Positions 54,460 to 63,063 of a stretch of DNA of 64,000 bases are shown piece after piece. Below the pieces are notes generated by a model. That model was not told where the DNA came from, searched no databases, and saw only the letters and a program-made list of their open reading frames with translations. Source of the DNA: Elusimicrobiota bacterium (GTDB lineage Bacteria > Elusimicrobiota > Elusimicrobia > FEN-1173); NCBI GenBank assembly GCA_016715645.1, contig JADJZR010000007.1, forward strand, positions 116,221-180,220, read 5' to 3'. Position 1 is the stretch's first letter. The number at the start of each line of letters is the position of its first letter. A program made the position numbers and the translations under genes.

Positions 54460-55395
54460 TTACTCCCCGACCGTCCACACTTCCAGTTCAAGCCCAACAC
54501 CGAACCGGTCGCGAACCGTCCGGCGAACCGTGTCCATAAGATCGCGCACGTTGGCCGCCGTAGCGCGGTCCACATTTTCAATAAAGTTGGCATGTTTTAA
54601 CGACACCTGGGCGCCGCCCACCCGCAACCCTTTAAGCCCCGCGGCTTCAATAAGCCGGGCGGCGTGGTCGCCAGGGGGATTTTTAAACACGGACCCGCAA
54701 TTTCGTGTGCCCAACGGTTGGCGTTGGGCCCGGCGTTTCAATTGACGGTCAACCGCGGCCAGAATATCATTTTTCGGCCCGGCCCTCAATTGAAGATCGA
54801 CGGAAATAACTGTCACGCCCGCCAAACTGGACCGTCGGTAGGAAAATGACATGTCACCCGGCTGAAGAACCCGAACGCCGCCTTTGGAATCCACCACCGT
54901 GGCCGAGCGCACCCGGCTACCGATGTCGCCTTCGGGCGTCCCGGCGTTGGTTTGAAGCGCCCCCCCCACCGTCCCGGGAATACCGCAGAACGGTTCGACC
55001 CCGGTCAGTCCCCGTTCCGCGGCCGCGCGCGACAGGGTCGGAAGCAGAACCCCCGCCCCCGCGTGGACCACGTCGCCGTCAAACCGCCATCGCTCAAATT
55101 CCCCCCGCAACCGAAACGTCACGCCCCGAATTCCCTTATCGCCGACCAACACATTCGACCCCTGGCCGAGGGGCGTCAGGGGCAACCCATGGGCCAGGGC
55201 CCAGAGGATCAATTGGATCAGCTCGTTTTGATTTTTTAGTTCCAGGTAATAATCGGCCGGACCTCCGATCCCCCAGGTGGTGTGACGCGCCAGGGGCTCA
55301 TCGGTTCTGAGCGAGGGAAAATAAAATCGCAGTTCGTCCGCGAGCAATCCAGCCCTCAACCGAGAGAAGCCAACAGGTGTTCGCCCCATTTCCAC
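54460..55395 (-). CDS. murB: UDP-N-acetylenolpyruvoylglucosamine reductase
   Basis: PLARHTTWGIGGPADY, GQGSNVL and GSVFKNP. Confidence 0.9.
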   Translation of the reverse strand: MEMGRTPVGFSRLRAGLLADELRFYFPSLRTDEPLARHTTWGIGGPADYYLELKNQNELIQLILWALAHGLPLTPLGQGSNVLVGDKGIRGVTFRLRGEFERWRFDGDVVHAGAGVLLPTLSRAAAERGLTGVEPFCGIPGTVGGALQTNAGTPEGDIGSRVRSATVVDSKGGVRVLQPGDMSFSYRRSSLAGVTVISVDLQLRAGPKNDILAAVDRQLKRRAQRQPLGTRNCGSVFKNPPGDHAARLIEAAGLKGLRVGGAQVSLKHANFIENVDRATAANVRDLMDTVRRTVRDRFGVGLELEVWTVGE

Positions 55396-56720
55396 ACATC
55401 GCCGGCGCCCAAGGTGAGAACCACGTCGCCGGGTTTCACCAGGCTCCGCAACAGTTTGGGACCGCCGTCGGCGGGCAGGCGGGTGACCGAGGTTCCCTGG
55501 GCCCGAATGCGGTCAGCCAACCAATCGCTGGTCACGCCTTCTTGGGGCGGTTCACTGGCCGCGTAAATGTCCAACAGTCCCAACACGTCGGCTTTGGCAA
55601 ACGACGTGGCGAATTCCTCGGTCAAAATACGCGTGCGCGAATACCGATGCGGCTGAAACAACACCACCGCTCGCCGGGCGGGAAACCATTCTTTCAACGC
55701 CTGCAAGGTGGCCCGGATTTCCGTGGGATGATGGCCGTAATCGTCCACCACGGCCACGCCGTTTTTTTCGCCTTTCCATTCCAACCGCCGGCCCACACCC
55801 TGAAACGACGCGAGGGCCTGGGCAATGACGGCAAACGGCACGTCCAGCTCCAGCCCCGCCGCCACCGCGGCCAACGAATTGATGACGTTGTGCCGACCGG
55901 ACGCGCTCCATTGGATGTCCCCCAACTTTTCGCTTTTCCGATAGACCGAAAACGCCGTGGCCGCCGGCGCCGGGCGGATGTCCCGGGCCTGAATATCGGC
56001 GTCGGGCGCCAACCCGTAGGTGATCAGAGGTCGTCGGATTTTATCCAAAATTTTACGGGATCCCGTGTCATCAACGCCCACAATCACCCGCCCGTAAAAA
56101 GGCACCCGGTTGGCGAATTGTTCAAACCCCGCCACCAGGCTGGACATCGTACCCCAATAATCCAAATGGTCGTCGTCAATGTTGGTGACGATGGCCAACG
56201 TGGGCGTTAATTTTAGAAACGACCCGTCCGACTCGTCGGCTTCAGCCACCAAATAATCGCCTTTGCCCACCCGCGCGCCCGTGCCCAAATTGTGCATGCG
56301 CCCGCCCACCACCACCGTGGGGTCGAGCCCTCCCGCCTGCAACACCAGAGAGATCAACGACGTGGTGGTGGTTTTACCGTGGGTGCCGCCCACGGCGATG
56401 GTGTATTTGAGCCGAGCCAATTCCGCCAGCATTTCAATCCGCGCGATCACGGGAATTTTAAGCCGGTGGGCTTCCACCACCTCGGGGTTGTCGGGCCGAA
56501 CCGCCGTGGACGTCACCACCACGTGGGCGCCCGACGCTTGATCGGCCCGATGGCCGATGCGCACCGCGGCGCCCATCGACGACAGACGGCGGGTTTCGTC
56601 CGACTCTTTCGCGTCGGACCCGCTGACGGTGTATCCCAACGTCAACAACACTTCGGCGATCCCGCTCATTCCCGCCCCGCCGATGCCCACGAAATGAATG
56701 CGCTGGATTTTTTTAAACAC
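55356..56720 (-). CDS. murC: UDP-N-acetylmuramate--L-alanine ligase
   Basis: IHFVGIGGAGMSGIAE, GTHGKTTTTS and DDYGHHPTEI. Confidence 0.9.
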   Translation of the reverse strand: MFKKIQRIHFVGIGGAGMSGIAEVLLTLGYTVSGSDAKESDETRRLSSMGAAVRIGHRADQASGAHVVVTSTAVRPDNPEVVEAHRLKIPVIARIEMLAELARLKYTIAVGGTHGKTTTTSLISLVLQAGGLDPTVVVGGRMHNLGTGARVGKGDYLVAEADESDGSFLKLTPTLAIVTNIDDDHLDYWGTMSSLVAGFEQFANRVPFYGRVIVGVDDTGSRKILDKIRRPLITYGLAPDADIQARDIRPAPAATAFSVYRKSEKLGDIQWSASGRHNVINSLAAVAAGLELDVPFAVIAQALASFQGVGRRLEWKGEKNGVAVVDDYGHHPTEIRATLQALKEWFPARRAVVLFQPHRYSRTRILTEEFATSFAKADVLGLLDIYAASEPPQEGVTSDWLADRIRAQGTSVTRLPADGGPKLLRSLVKPGDVVLTLGAGDVWKWGEHLLASLG

Positions 56721-56722
56721 GC

Positions 56723-57955
56723 TTACCCCACGTGCAAGAGAAAAAACTTTAAATAATCGGTTTCCGGCATGGCCGGTCGAACCGGGTGGTCCGGACCCGC
56801 GCCGCCCTGATAAACAATTTTCACTTTGCGGCCGGATTCGTGGGCCGCCCGGGCCACAATTTGGCGAAACTCGTCGCGGCCCACGTGTTGCGAACAGCTG
56901 GCCGTGGCCAACAAACCGCCGCCGGTGACCCGTTTGAGTCCCAACGTGTTCAACCGGATATAGGCTTGAATCGCGGCGGGCACATTTTTCTTGGTGGGGG
57001 AAAAACGCGGCGGGTCGAGAACCACGATGTCGTGGGTTTCTTTGCTCTGGGCCAAAAAATCAAACGCGTCGGTTTCGCGCCAGTGGCATCGGTCGGCCCA
57101 CCCGTTGCGTTGGGCCACGCGGCCGGCCAGGTCCAACGCCGCCGCGGAAGAGTCCACCCCCATCACCCGCGCCGCGCCGGCCTTGGCGCAGGCGTGGCCG
57201 AACCCGCCGGTGTGGCAAAACACGTCCAACACCGATCGCCCGTCCGCCCACGCCGCCACGGCGGCTCGGTTCATCCGCTGATCAAAAAAAAATCCCGTTT
57301 TTTGCCCGGCCCGCACATCCGCGGCCATGGCCATGCCATCGGTGGTAAACCAGTGGGTCTCGTCCACCGCGCCGTCCAACACCCGAACCTCTTCGGTGAG
57401 CCCCTCCAACCGACGGGCGGCGGCGTCGTTGCGCAGAACAATGGCTTTCCAAGACCCCGCCGTTTTAAGGGCCTCCACGACCCGCGGCAGAAGAGCGTCG
57501 ATGCCCGCGGAGAACGATTCCACCACGCACACGTCGCCGTATCGATCGATGACCAGGCCGGGCACATCGTCCGACTCCCCGTGTATCCATCGGTAGGCGT
57601 CGTCTTTAAAAAACCGCTTGCGAAGCGACAACGCCAATTGCAGCCGCCCCGCAAAAAAAGACGCGTCAATGGATGTTTCCCGTCGGTCCAAGATCCGCCC
57701 GGCGATGAGGGATCGCGCGTTGTAATAGCCCACACCCAGCCGTTCGTTGCGGGAACTCCAAAACTCCACCAACGCGCCGGGAGCCAATCCTTCCGGCGCT
57801 CGTTCCATTTCGTTGGAAAAAATCCACAGGTGGCCCCGGCGGATTCGCCGGTCTTCTTGGGCTTTTAATCGAACGATCGGCAACCCACCCGGAACAGACG
57901 GCCCTTTGTGCGCTGGATCGGGTTTCACATTCTCCTCCGATTTCGGAATTTTCAT
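56723..57955 (-). CDS. Class I SAM-dependent rRNA (cytosine-C5) methyltransferase, RlmI-like (PUA + MTase)
   Basis: RRIRRGHLWIFSNEM (PUA-type N-terminus), VLDVFCHTGGFG and VLDPPRF. The likely start MKIPKS at 57955 lies just after the queE stop. Confidence 0.75.
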   Translation of the reverse strand: MKIPKSEENVKPDPAHKGPSVPGGLPIVRLKAQEDRRIRRGHLWIFSNEMERAPEGLAPGALVEFWSSRNERLGVGYYNARSLIAGRILDRRETSIDASFFAGRLQLALSLRKRFFKDDAYRWIHGESDDVPGLVIDRYGDVCVVESFSAGIDALLPRVVEALKTAGSWKAIVLRNDAAARRLEGLTEEVRVLDGAVDETHWFTTDGMAMAADVRAGQKTGFFFDQRMNRAAVAAWADGRSVLDVFCHTGGFGHACAKAGAARVMGVDSSAAALDLAGRVAQRNGWADRCHWRETDAFDFLAQSKETHDIVVLDPPRFSPTKKNVPAAIQAYIRLNTLGLKRVTGGGLLATASCSQHVGRDEFRQIVARAAHESGRKVKIVYQGGAGPDHPVRPAMPETDYLKFFLLHVG

Positions 57956-58749
57956 GGAAGTCCCCACAGGGGATGCATTTGAGAAACCAGTTTTACCGTG
58001 GGCAAGCGCGGGCGGGCCCATTCCCAAAATCCCACCAGCCGCGCGGGGGCGGGCGGCACAATCCGCGCGGCCGCCACGGTGCCGGCTTCTTGCAGGCGGC
58101 TTTCCAAGTCCGCCACCGGCGTGACGGGCTGAAGCACCAACGGAGGCGGCGGTGTTAACCGCGACAGAAGGTGGACCGCCGTTTCAAATTCGTCGTCGGT
58201 GGTTTGGTCGGTCAAAACAATTTTAACGAACGCTTTGTCCCCAGCCAACCGTAAAAACTCTTCGTGTTCCGCCCACAGGGGCCGCCCGATGGCGGAAGGC
58301 AATTTGATGTCGGCGGCCACCACGTCGCAAAAGGGGACCAACGGGCGAAATCGGTCCGGATGGGTGGCGCTGGTTTCCAAATAGGTGCGCAAACCCAACG
58401 CCTGAACCGCCGGAAGAAGATCCACCAAAAAATCCGATTGCAACAGGGGTTCCCCGCCGGTCACGCTGACCGCCGAATGGGAACGAACGGCTTGGAGGTC
58501 TTTGATTTTTTGAAGAACGTCGTCCACCGTCAAAGCCGGATGTCCTTCGTGGGCCAAACTTCCCGGTGTGTCGCAGTACCGGCACCGCCACGGGCATCCT
58601 GATAAACGAACAAAAATTTGACGTTGGCCGACATAGAGACCTTCCCCTTGGAGAGATGAAAATATTTCGGTCACCCGGCCCCGCAACGGGAACGCCGGAG
58701 ATTCGGCCAAAACCGGCTCGTGGGACGGTGGGGGGAGATCGGTTGTCAT
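57952..58749 (-). CDS. queE: 7-carboxy-7-deazaguanine synthase (radical SAM)
   Basis: FSSLQGEGLYVGQRQIFVRLSGCPWRCRYCDT (CX3CX2C cluster). Confidence 0.85.
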   Translation of the reverse strand: MTTDLPPPSHEPVLAESPAFPLRGRVTEIFSSLQGEGLYVGQRQIFVRLSGCPWRCRYCDTPGSLAHEGHPALTVDDVLQKIKDLQAVRSHSAVSVTGGEPLLQSDFLVDLLPAVQALGLRTYLETSATHPDRFRPLVPFCDVVAADIKLPSAIGRPLWAEHEEFLRLAGDKAFVKIVLTDQTTDDEFETAVHLLSRLTPPPPLVLQPVTPVADLESRLQEAGTVAAARIVPPAPARLVGFWEWARPRLPTVKLVSQMHPLWGLP

Positions 58750-58834
58750 AAGTTGGGGGAGCGCGGCTTATTTTAGCAAATTCCGTCGCGCGGATGGCTT
58801 TTGAAATAATCGGGGTTGGTCGACAGGGGTGTTT

Positions 58835-59506
58835 CTACACAAGTGCCGGATCCATCTCGCCGGCGCCGCGAAACCCTTTGACCCGCAGTTGGCACGAATC
58901 GCAGGTTCCGCACGGACGGCGTCCGCCGCGGTAACAGGACCATGTGAGTTCGTAGGGAACATGAAGAGATCGGCCCATTCGGACGATTTGGGTTTTTGAC
59001 AATCGCAAGAGCGGCGCCCACAGGCGCGCCGGCCGGCCCGACGCAGGGCTCAACCGCGTACCCAATCGCGCCGCCTTTTGCATGGCGCGCAAATACGCCG
59101 GTCGGCAGTCGGGGTATCCGGAATAGTCCAAGGCGTTGGCGCCGATCACCACGTTGGGAGCGCCGATCGCGTCGGCCCAGGAAAGGGCCAGCGCGAGGAA
59201 AATGGTGTTGCGCGCGGGAACATACGTGTTAGGCAACTCCCGCCCGATCGATGAGGAGCGATGGGTGGGAACCGGAACGCGCGAATCGATCAAACTGGAC
59301 CCGCCCCAGGGCAACCGAAACCGCACCACTTCAACCGGGCATCCCGCCCGGCGCGCGAGGGCCCGGGCGGCGCGCAGTTCTCGTCGATGGCGCTGGCCGT
59401 AGTCAAAGAGCAGGCAACGACAATCCCACTTTTTGACGTGTTGGGCCCAAGCCAGCGCCGTGGCCGAATCCAACCCGCCCGACAACAGAACAATGGCTTT
59501 GTCCAT
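58835..59506 (-). CDS. queC: 7-cyano-7-deazaguanine synthase
   Basis: AIVLLSGGLDSATALAWA (PP-loop) and the C-terminal Zn cluster CGTCDSCQLR. Confidence 0.9.
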   Translation of the reverse strand: MDKAIVLLSGGLDSATALAWAQHVKKWDCRCLLFDYGQRHRRELRAARALARRAGCPVEVVRFRLPWGGSSLIDSRVPVPTHRSSSIGRELPNTYVPARNTIFLALALSWADAIGAPNVVIGANALDYSGYPDCRPAYLRAMQKAARLGTRLSPASGRPARLWAPLLRLSKTQIVRMGRSLHVPYELTWSCYRGGRRPCGTCDSCQLRVKGFRGAGEMDPALV

Positions 59507-60360
59507 CAGCCGTCGATGCCTTCCAAACGGATCCGACGCACCCGCACAAGGGGCCCGCCCATAAACCGCGACCCCCGCCGCGCAAACGAGGCGGGATCGT
59601 CGGAAGAAAAATAGACCAACCGACCTTTGCGTCGGCCGTGCCGCAACAAACCGTCTTGTTCCAGTCTCGACCGCACCGCTTTGGCCGTTTCGTCCGCCGA
59701 ATCGATCAGTTCAACCGATCCCGCCACCCGGCCCAGCACGGACTTGAGCAGAGGATAATGGGTGCATCCCAACACCAAAGCGTCGATCTTGTGTTTCAAA
59801 AGCGGTTTCAAATAAGCGTTCGCCACCCGGCGGGTCACGTCGTGGTTCAACCACCCTTCTTCGACCAAGGGCACAAACAACGGACAGGCGCGGGCGAACA
59901 CACGCACGTTTTTGTCCAACCGTTTCAGGGCCATTTCGTAGGCGCGGCTGTTGACGGTGGCTTCCGTGCCGATGACGCCCACCCGCCCCGACCGGGTGGA
60001 CGCCAAGGCCGCCCGGGCCCCCGGTTCGATCACCCCGATCACCGACACCGGCATAAATGCGCGCAAGTCCGGCAAGGCCAACGCGCTGGCGGTGTTGCAG
60101 GCGGCGACCATCATTTTGACTTTCTTGCGACGGAAAAAACCCGCGATTTCCAACGAAAACCGTTTCACCGCTTCCGGCGATTTACTCCCGTAGGGAACCC
60201 GGGCCGTGTCGCCCACATAAATAAAGCTCTCCCGAGGCAACAGCTGGACCAACGCGCGCAACACGGTCAGCCCCCCGACGCCTGAATCAAAAACACCGAT
60301 GGGATGTTGTGAGTTCATTGTCTTTGGGTCTCCTCCCAGCTTATTATAATTAAATCCCAC
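59506..60360 (-). CDS. murI: Glutamate racemase
   Basis: IGVFDSGVGGLTVL, ACNTAS and LGCTHYP. Confidence 0.9.
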   Translation of the reverse strand: MGFNYNKLGGDPKTMNSQHPIGVFDSGVGGLTVLRALVQLLPRESFIYVGDTARVPYGSKSPEAVKRFSLEIAGFFRRKKVKMMVAACNTASALALPDLRAFMPVSVIGVIEPGARAALASTRSGRVGVIGTEATVNSRAYEMALKRLDKNVRVFARACPLFVPLVEEGWLNHDVTRRVANAYLKPLLKHKIDALVLGCTHYPLLKSVLGRVAGSVELIDSADETAKAVRSRLEQDGLLRHGRRKGRLVYFSSDDPASFARRGSRFMGGPLVRVRRIRLEGIDG

Positions 60361-60387
60361 CTCATCGAGTGGGCGGGGGAAGGGGGG

Positions 60388-62796
60388 TCAACGTTGAATA
60401 GCGAGTTTGAGAGTTTGGGTTCCCTCGGACGAGGAAGAAACAGCGAAATAGACACCGCTGGCCACGCGTTCTCCGTCATCGTTTGTGCCGTCCCAGGACA
60501 CGGTCCCTGAATCGGTCGCGGTCATTTGACGAACCCGTTGGCCTGCGACGGTGAACAGGGTGACCGCGGCGTTGGGCGGAAAATCCACAAATGTCATGAC
60601 CGGCGCGTTGAGTCCCGGCCGAAACGGGTTGGGATACGCCCGGCCTTGAACAGAGGGCCGCGCGACGTTATTGGATGAAAATGCGCCGAACTGGGCGAAA
60701 TGACCTCGAGCTTGGTTTCCAATGCCGGTAAATCGCCCCCCGACCAACAACACGTTGTTCCCTGCCGATAACGCATAGACGTTGTCGTTGGCCTGGGGGT
60801 TCCAGTCGATGGCGGCGCCGGTGATGGTATCGAGGGCGGCCAAATAGGGACGCGCGGAACCTCCGATCACATCAAAAAGGCCTCCCGCATAAACCGCGTC
60901 GCCGTCCACCGCCAGGGCCCGAACATGGTGGTCGGCGTTGGGGTTCCAGGACGGCACGACTTGGCCGGACAGGTTGAGCGCGGCCAAGCGGTTTCTGTCT
61001 TCTCCGCCGATCACGGTAAATTCGCCGCCCACGTACACCCGGTCGCTGGATTGCGCCAGTGCATGAACAGCCCCGTTGGCCCCAGTGGCCCAGCCCGATA
61101 TTAAATGGCCCGACGTGTCCAAGGCGGCCACTCGATCGATGAATTGACCATCGACGGTTGTGAAATCCCCTCCCACAAAAATTCGGTCGGATCCCGCGGC
61201 GATGGCGCGAACGGGTCCGTTGGGTTCCGGAGCCCACGACGCCAATGCGGCGGCGGACCCGTTTAAAGCCGCAAGATTTGATCGGTTTTGTCCACCGATG
61301 GCGCTGAAATCGCCGCCCGCATAAACCGTGGTCGCCGTGACTGCAAGGGCTCGAACAAGCCCATTGGCGTTGGGGTTCCAAGAAGTGGCCGAACCGGCAG
61401 AACTGAGGGCCGCGATCCGGTTGCGGGGTGATCCACCCACATGCGTGAACGCGCCCCCAACGTAGATCGCCGAACCCAACACGGCCAAGGTGAAAATGGG
61501 GTTATCGGCATTGGGATTCCAGGATGTCACATTTCCCGACTGATCCAACGCGGCCAGGTACCGCCGGGTTTCGCCCCCCACCGTGGTCAGTTCGCCTCCG
61601 ACAAAAACGGTTTGCGCATCCGCCGCAAGGGCTCGCACAGTCCCATTGGCCTGGGGCGCCCAGGTCGACAGCGTTTCCCCGATTCCATTAAATCCCGCCA
61701 CACGCGACACCGGGTTTCCGTTGACCACGGTGAAATCGCCGCCGGCGTAGACAGCGGAGGTGGTTGCCGTTAAAGCGTAAACGGACCCGTTGACCACCGG
61801 ACGCCAAGCGGTTACGTGAGCTGAATTGTTTAGCGCGGCCACATAAGATATGGACTCACCGCCGATCTGGGTAAAGGTTCCCCCCGCGTAGACAGCGGCA
61901 CTTCCGACCGCCACGGCAAACACCGGTTGGTTGGGGGCGGGGACCCAACTTGGGTTGGGGTTCCCATTGTTATCCAACGCGGCCAAGCGCGAAATCGACT
62001 GGCCTCCTATGTTTGTAAAAGCCCCCCCCGCGTAGATTGTTTGGGTGGTGGCAGCCAGGGCATAGACTGTATCGTTGGGCTGGGGGTCCCACGCGGGAAC
62101 AACAACGCCGGCCACGTCCAAGGCGGCCAAGCGGGACCGATTTTGACCGCCAATAAGCGAAAATTCTCCTCCGACATACAACGTGGATCCGGCATAACTT
62201 AAAGAAAACACGGTGTTGTCAACGTCGGGTGCCCACCCCGGCACAGCCAACCCGTCCGGCCCCACCGATGCGATGCGGGAACGGGAGGCCCCTCCGATTT
62301 CAGAAAAATCGCCCCCCACGTAAACGCTGGTTCCGTTAACAGCGAGGGCGTAAACAATGCCGTTGGGATTCGGCGCCCAGGCGGTGTTCACGGATCCATT
62401 GGCCATCAGGTGAACCAGATTTTCGCGAGCGACGCCGCCCACGCCGGAAAAATCGCCCCCCACATACCATCCCCCCGCCCCATCGGACGCGACAGCATAC
62501 ACGACGCCCGCCACTTTGGAAAATGACGCCGGAGCAACTCCCGTGGCCACGGGCAGGGGCACACCCCCGCCGTGGTTGGGTCCGACAACGGTAAACGATC
62601 CGCCCATGTAGGTTACGGATCCGGCCCGAGCGATGGCGTTGACATCGCCGTTGGTGACCCACAGATCTTCCGGATCAACGGGCACCGCCGCGTAACCGGA
62701 CACGGGACCCAGAAACACCAAAGTCGTCCAGGAAACAAAAGTAAAAACCTTATTAAAGAAAGAGGAGCGTTGTTTCACATCTCCAGTGTAACCCAT
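60388..62796 (-). CDS. Secreted 14-blade beta-propeller repeat protein with a T9SS-type (PNPF / FlgD-Ig-like) C-terminal sorting domain
   Basis: 802 aa with a signal peptide. There are 14 tandem repeats of about 48 aa, consensus VYALA..G..VYVGG.F..IGG..R..LAALD..G....W.P. The tail is YPNPFRPG...VTLFTVAGQRVRQM...VSWDGTNDDGERVASGVYF. Confidence 0.7.
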   Translation of the reverse strand: MGYTGDVKQRSSFFNKVFTFVSWTTLVFLGPVSGYAAVPVDPEDLWVTNGDVNAIARAGSVTYMGGSFTVVGPNHGGGVPLPVATGVAPASFSKVAGVVYAVASDGAGGWYVGGDFSGVGGVARENLVHLMANGSVNTAWAPNPNGIVYALAVNGTSVYVGGDFSEIGGASRSRIASVGPDGLAVPGWAPDVDNTVFSLSYAGSTLYVGGEFSLIGGQNRSRLAALDVAGVVVPAWDPQPNDTVYALAATTQTIYAGGAFTNIGGQSISRLAALDNNGNPNPSWVPAPNQPVFAVAVGSAAVYAGGTFTQIGGESISYVAALNNSAHVTAWRPVVNGSVYALTATTSAVYAGGDFTVVNGNPVSRVAGFNGIGETLSTWAPQANGTVRALAADAQTVFVGGELTTVGGETRRYLAALDQSGNVTSWNPNADNPIFTLAVLGSAIYVGGAFTHVGGSPRNRIAALSSAGSATSWNPNANGLVRALAVTATTVYAGGDFSAIGGQNRSNLAALNGSAAALASWAPEPNGPVRAIAAGSDRIFVGGDFTTVDGQFIDRVAALDTSGHLISGWATGANGAVHALAQSSDRVYVGGEFTVIGGEDRNRLAALNLSGQVVPSWNPNADHHVRALAVDGDAVYAGGLFDVIGGSARPYLAALDTITGAAIDWNPQANDNVYALSAGNNVLLVGGRFTGIGNQARGHFAQFGAFSSNNVARPSVQGRAYPNPFRPGLNAPVMTFVDFPPNAAVTLFTVAGQRVRQMTATDSGTVSWDGTNDDGERVASGVYFAVSSSSEGTQTLKLAIQR

Positions 62797-62953
62797 GAAC
62801 GAAAAAAGTCAAGTCAAATTGTGTTTGGGCATTGAGATTAACCAACACGTCGGATTTGATTCAAGTTCTTCCATAAAGTTCCGATAAAGCCCTGTCTAAA
62901 AAACTTAAGTAATTATCTAAAGACCGTCCCCCATAATGAACTAAAAGAAAAAT

Positions 62954-63034
62954 CGGAGGGAGAGGGATTCGAACCCCCGGGAAGCTTGCGCCCCCACCGG
63001 TTTTCAAGACAACCGCTTTCCAAGTAAGCCTTCC
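62954..63034 (-). tRNA. tRNA-Ser(UGA)-like element. The 3' two-thirds is canonical and the 5' third is degenerate, so it is probably an att-site remnant or pseudogene rather than a functional tRNA
   Basis: The minus strand reads ...CTTGAAAACCGG (anticodon-loop-like, TGA at 63006-63004). This is followed by a long variable arm GGGGGC-GCAA-GCTTCCC, T-arm GGGGG-TTCGAAT-CCCTC, acceptor 3' strand TCCCTCC and discriminator G. The 5' strand GGAAGGC pairs at only 5 of 7 positions, there is no proper D-arm, and the element is 81 nt versus about 88-90 nt for tRNA-Ser. Confidence 0.45.
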
Positions 63035-63063
63035 AGTGGATTCGACGTGATATTCAAGCCGAA

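Noticed and set aside
50421-57868. Plus-strand ORFs 50421..51509, 55377..56210 and 56786..57868
   Set aside because: They are antisense to ftsZ, murC and the RlmI-like gene, have no recognisable domains, and show GC-rich shadow-frame composition.
58750-59520. preQ1 riboswitch expected near queC/queE
   Set aside because: queC starts at the murI stop, leaving no leader. The 85-nt queC-queE spacer shows no obvious preQ1-type hairpin/pseudoknot that I can recognise by eye.
60388-62796. Periodic DNA repeats considered as a possible CRISPR or tandem-repeat array
   Set aside because: The periodicity (~144 nt) is imperfect at the DNA level, lies in one long ORF and corresponds to protein propeller blades. 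There is no repeat-spacer structure, and I saw no CRISPR array anywhere in the window.
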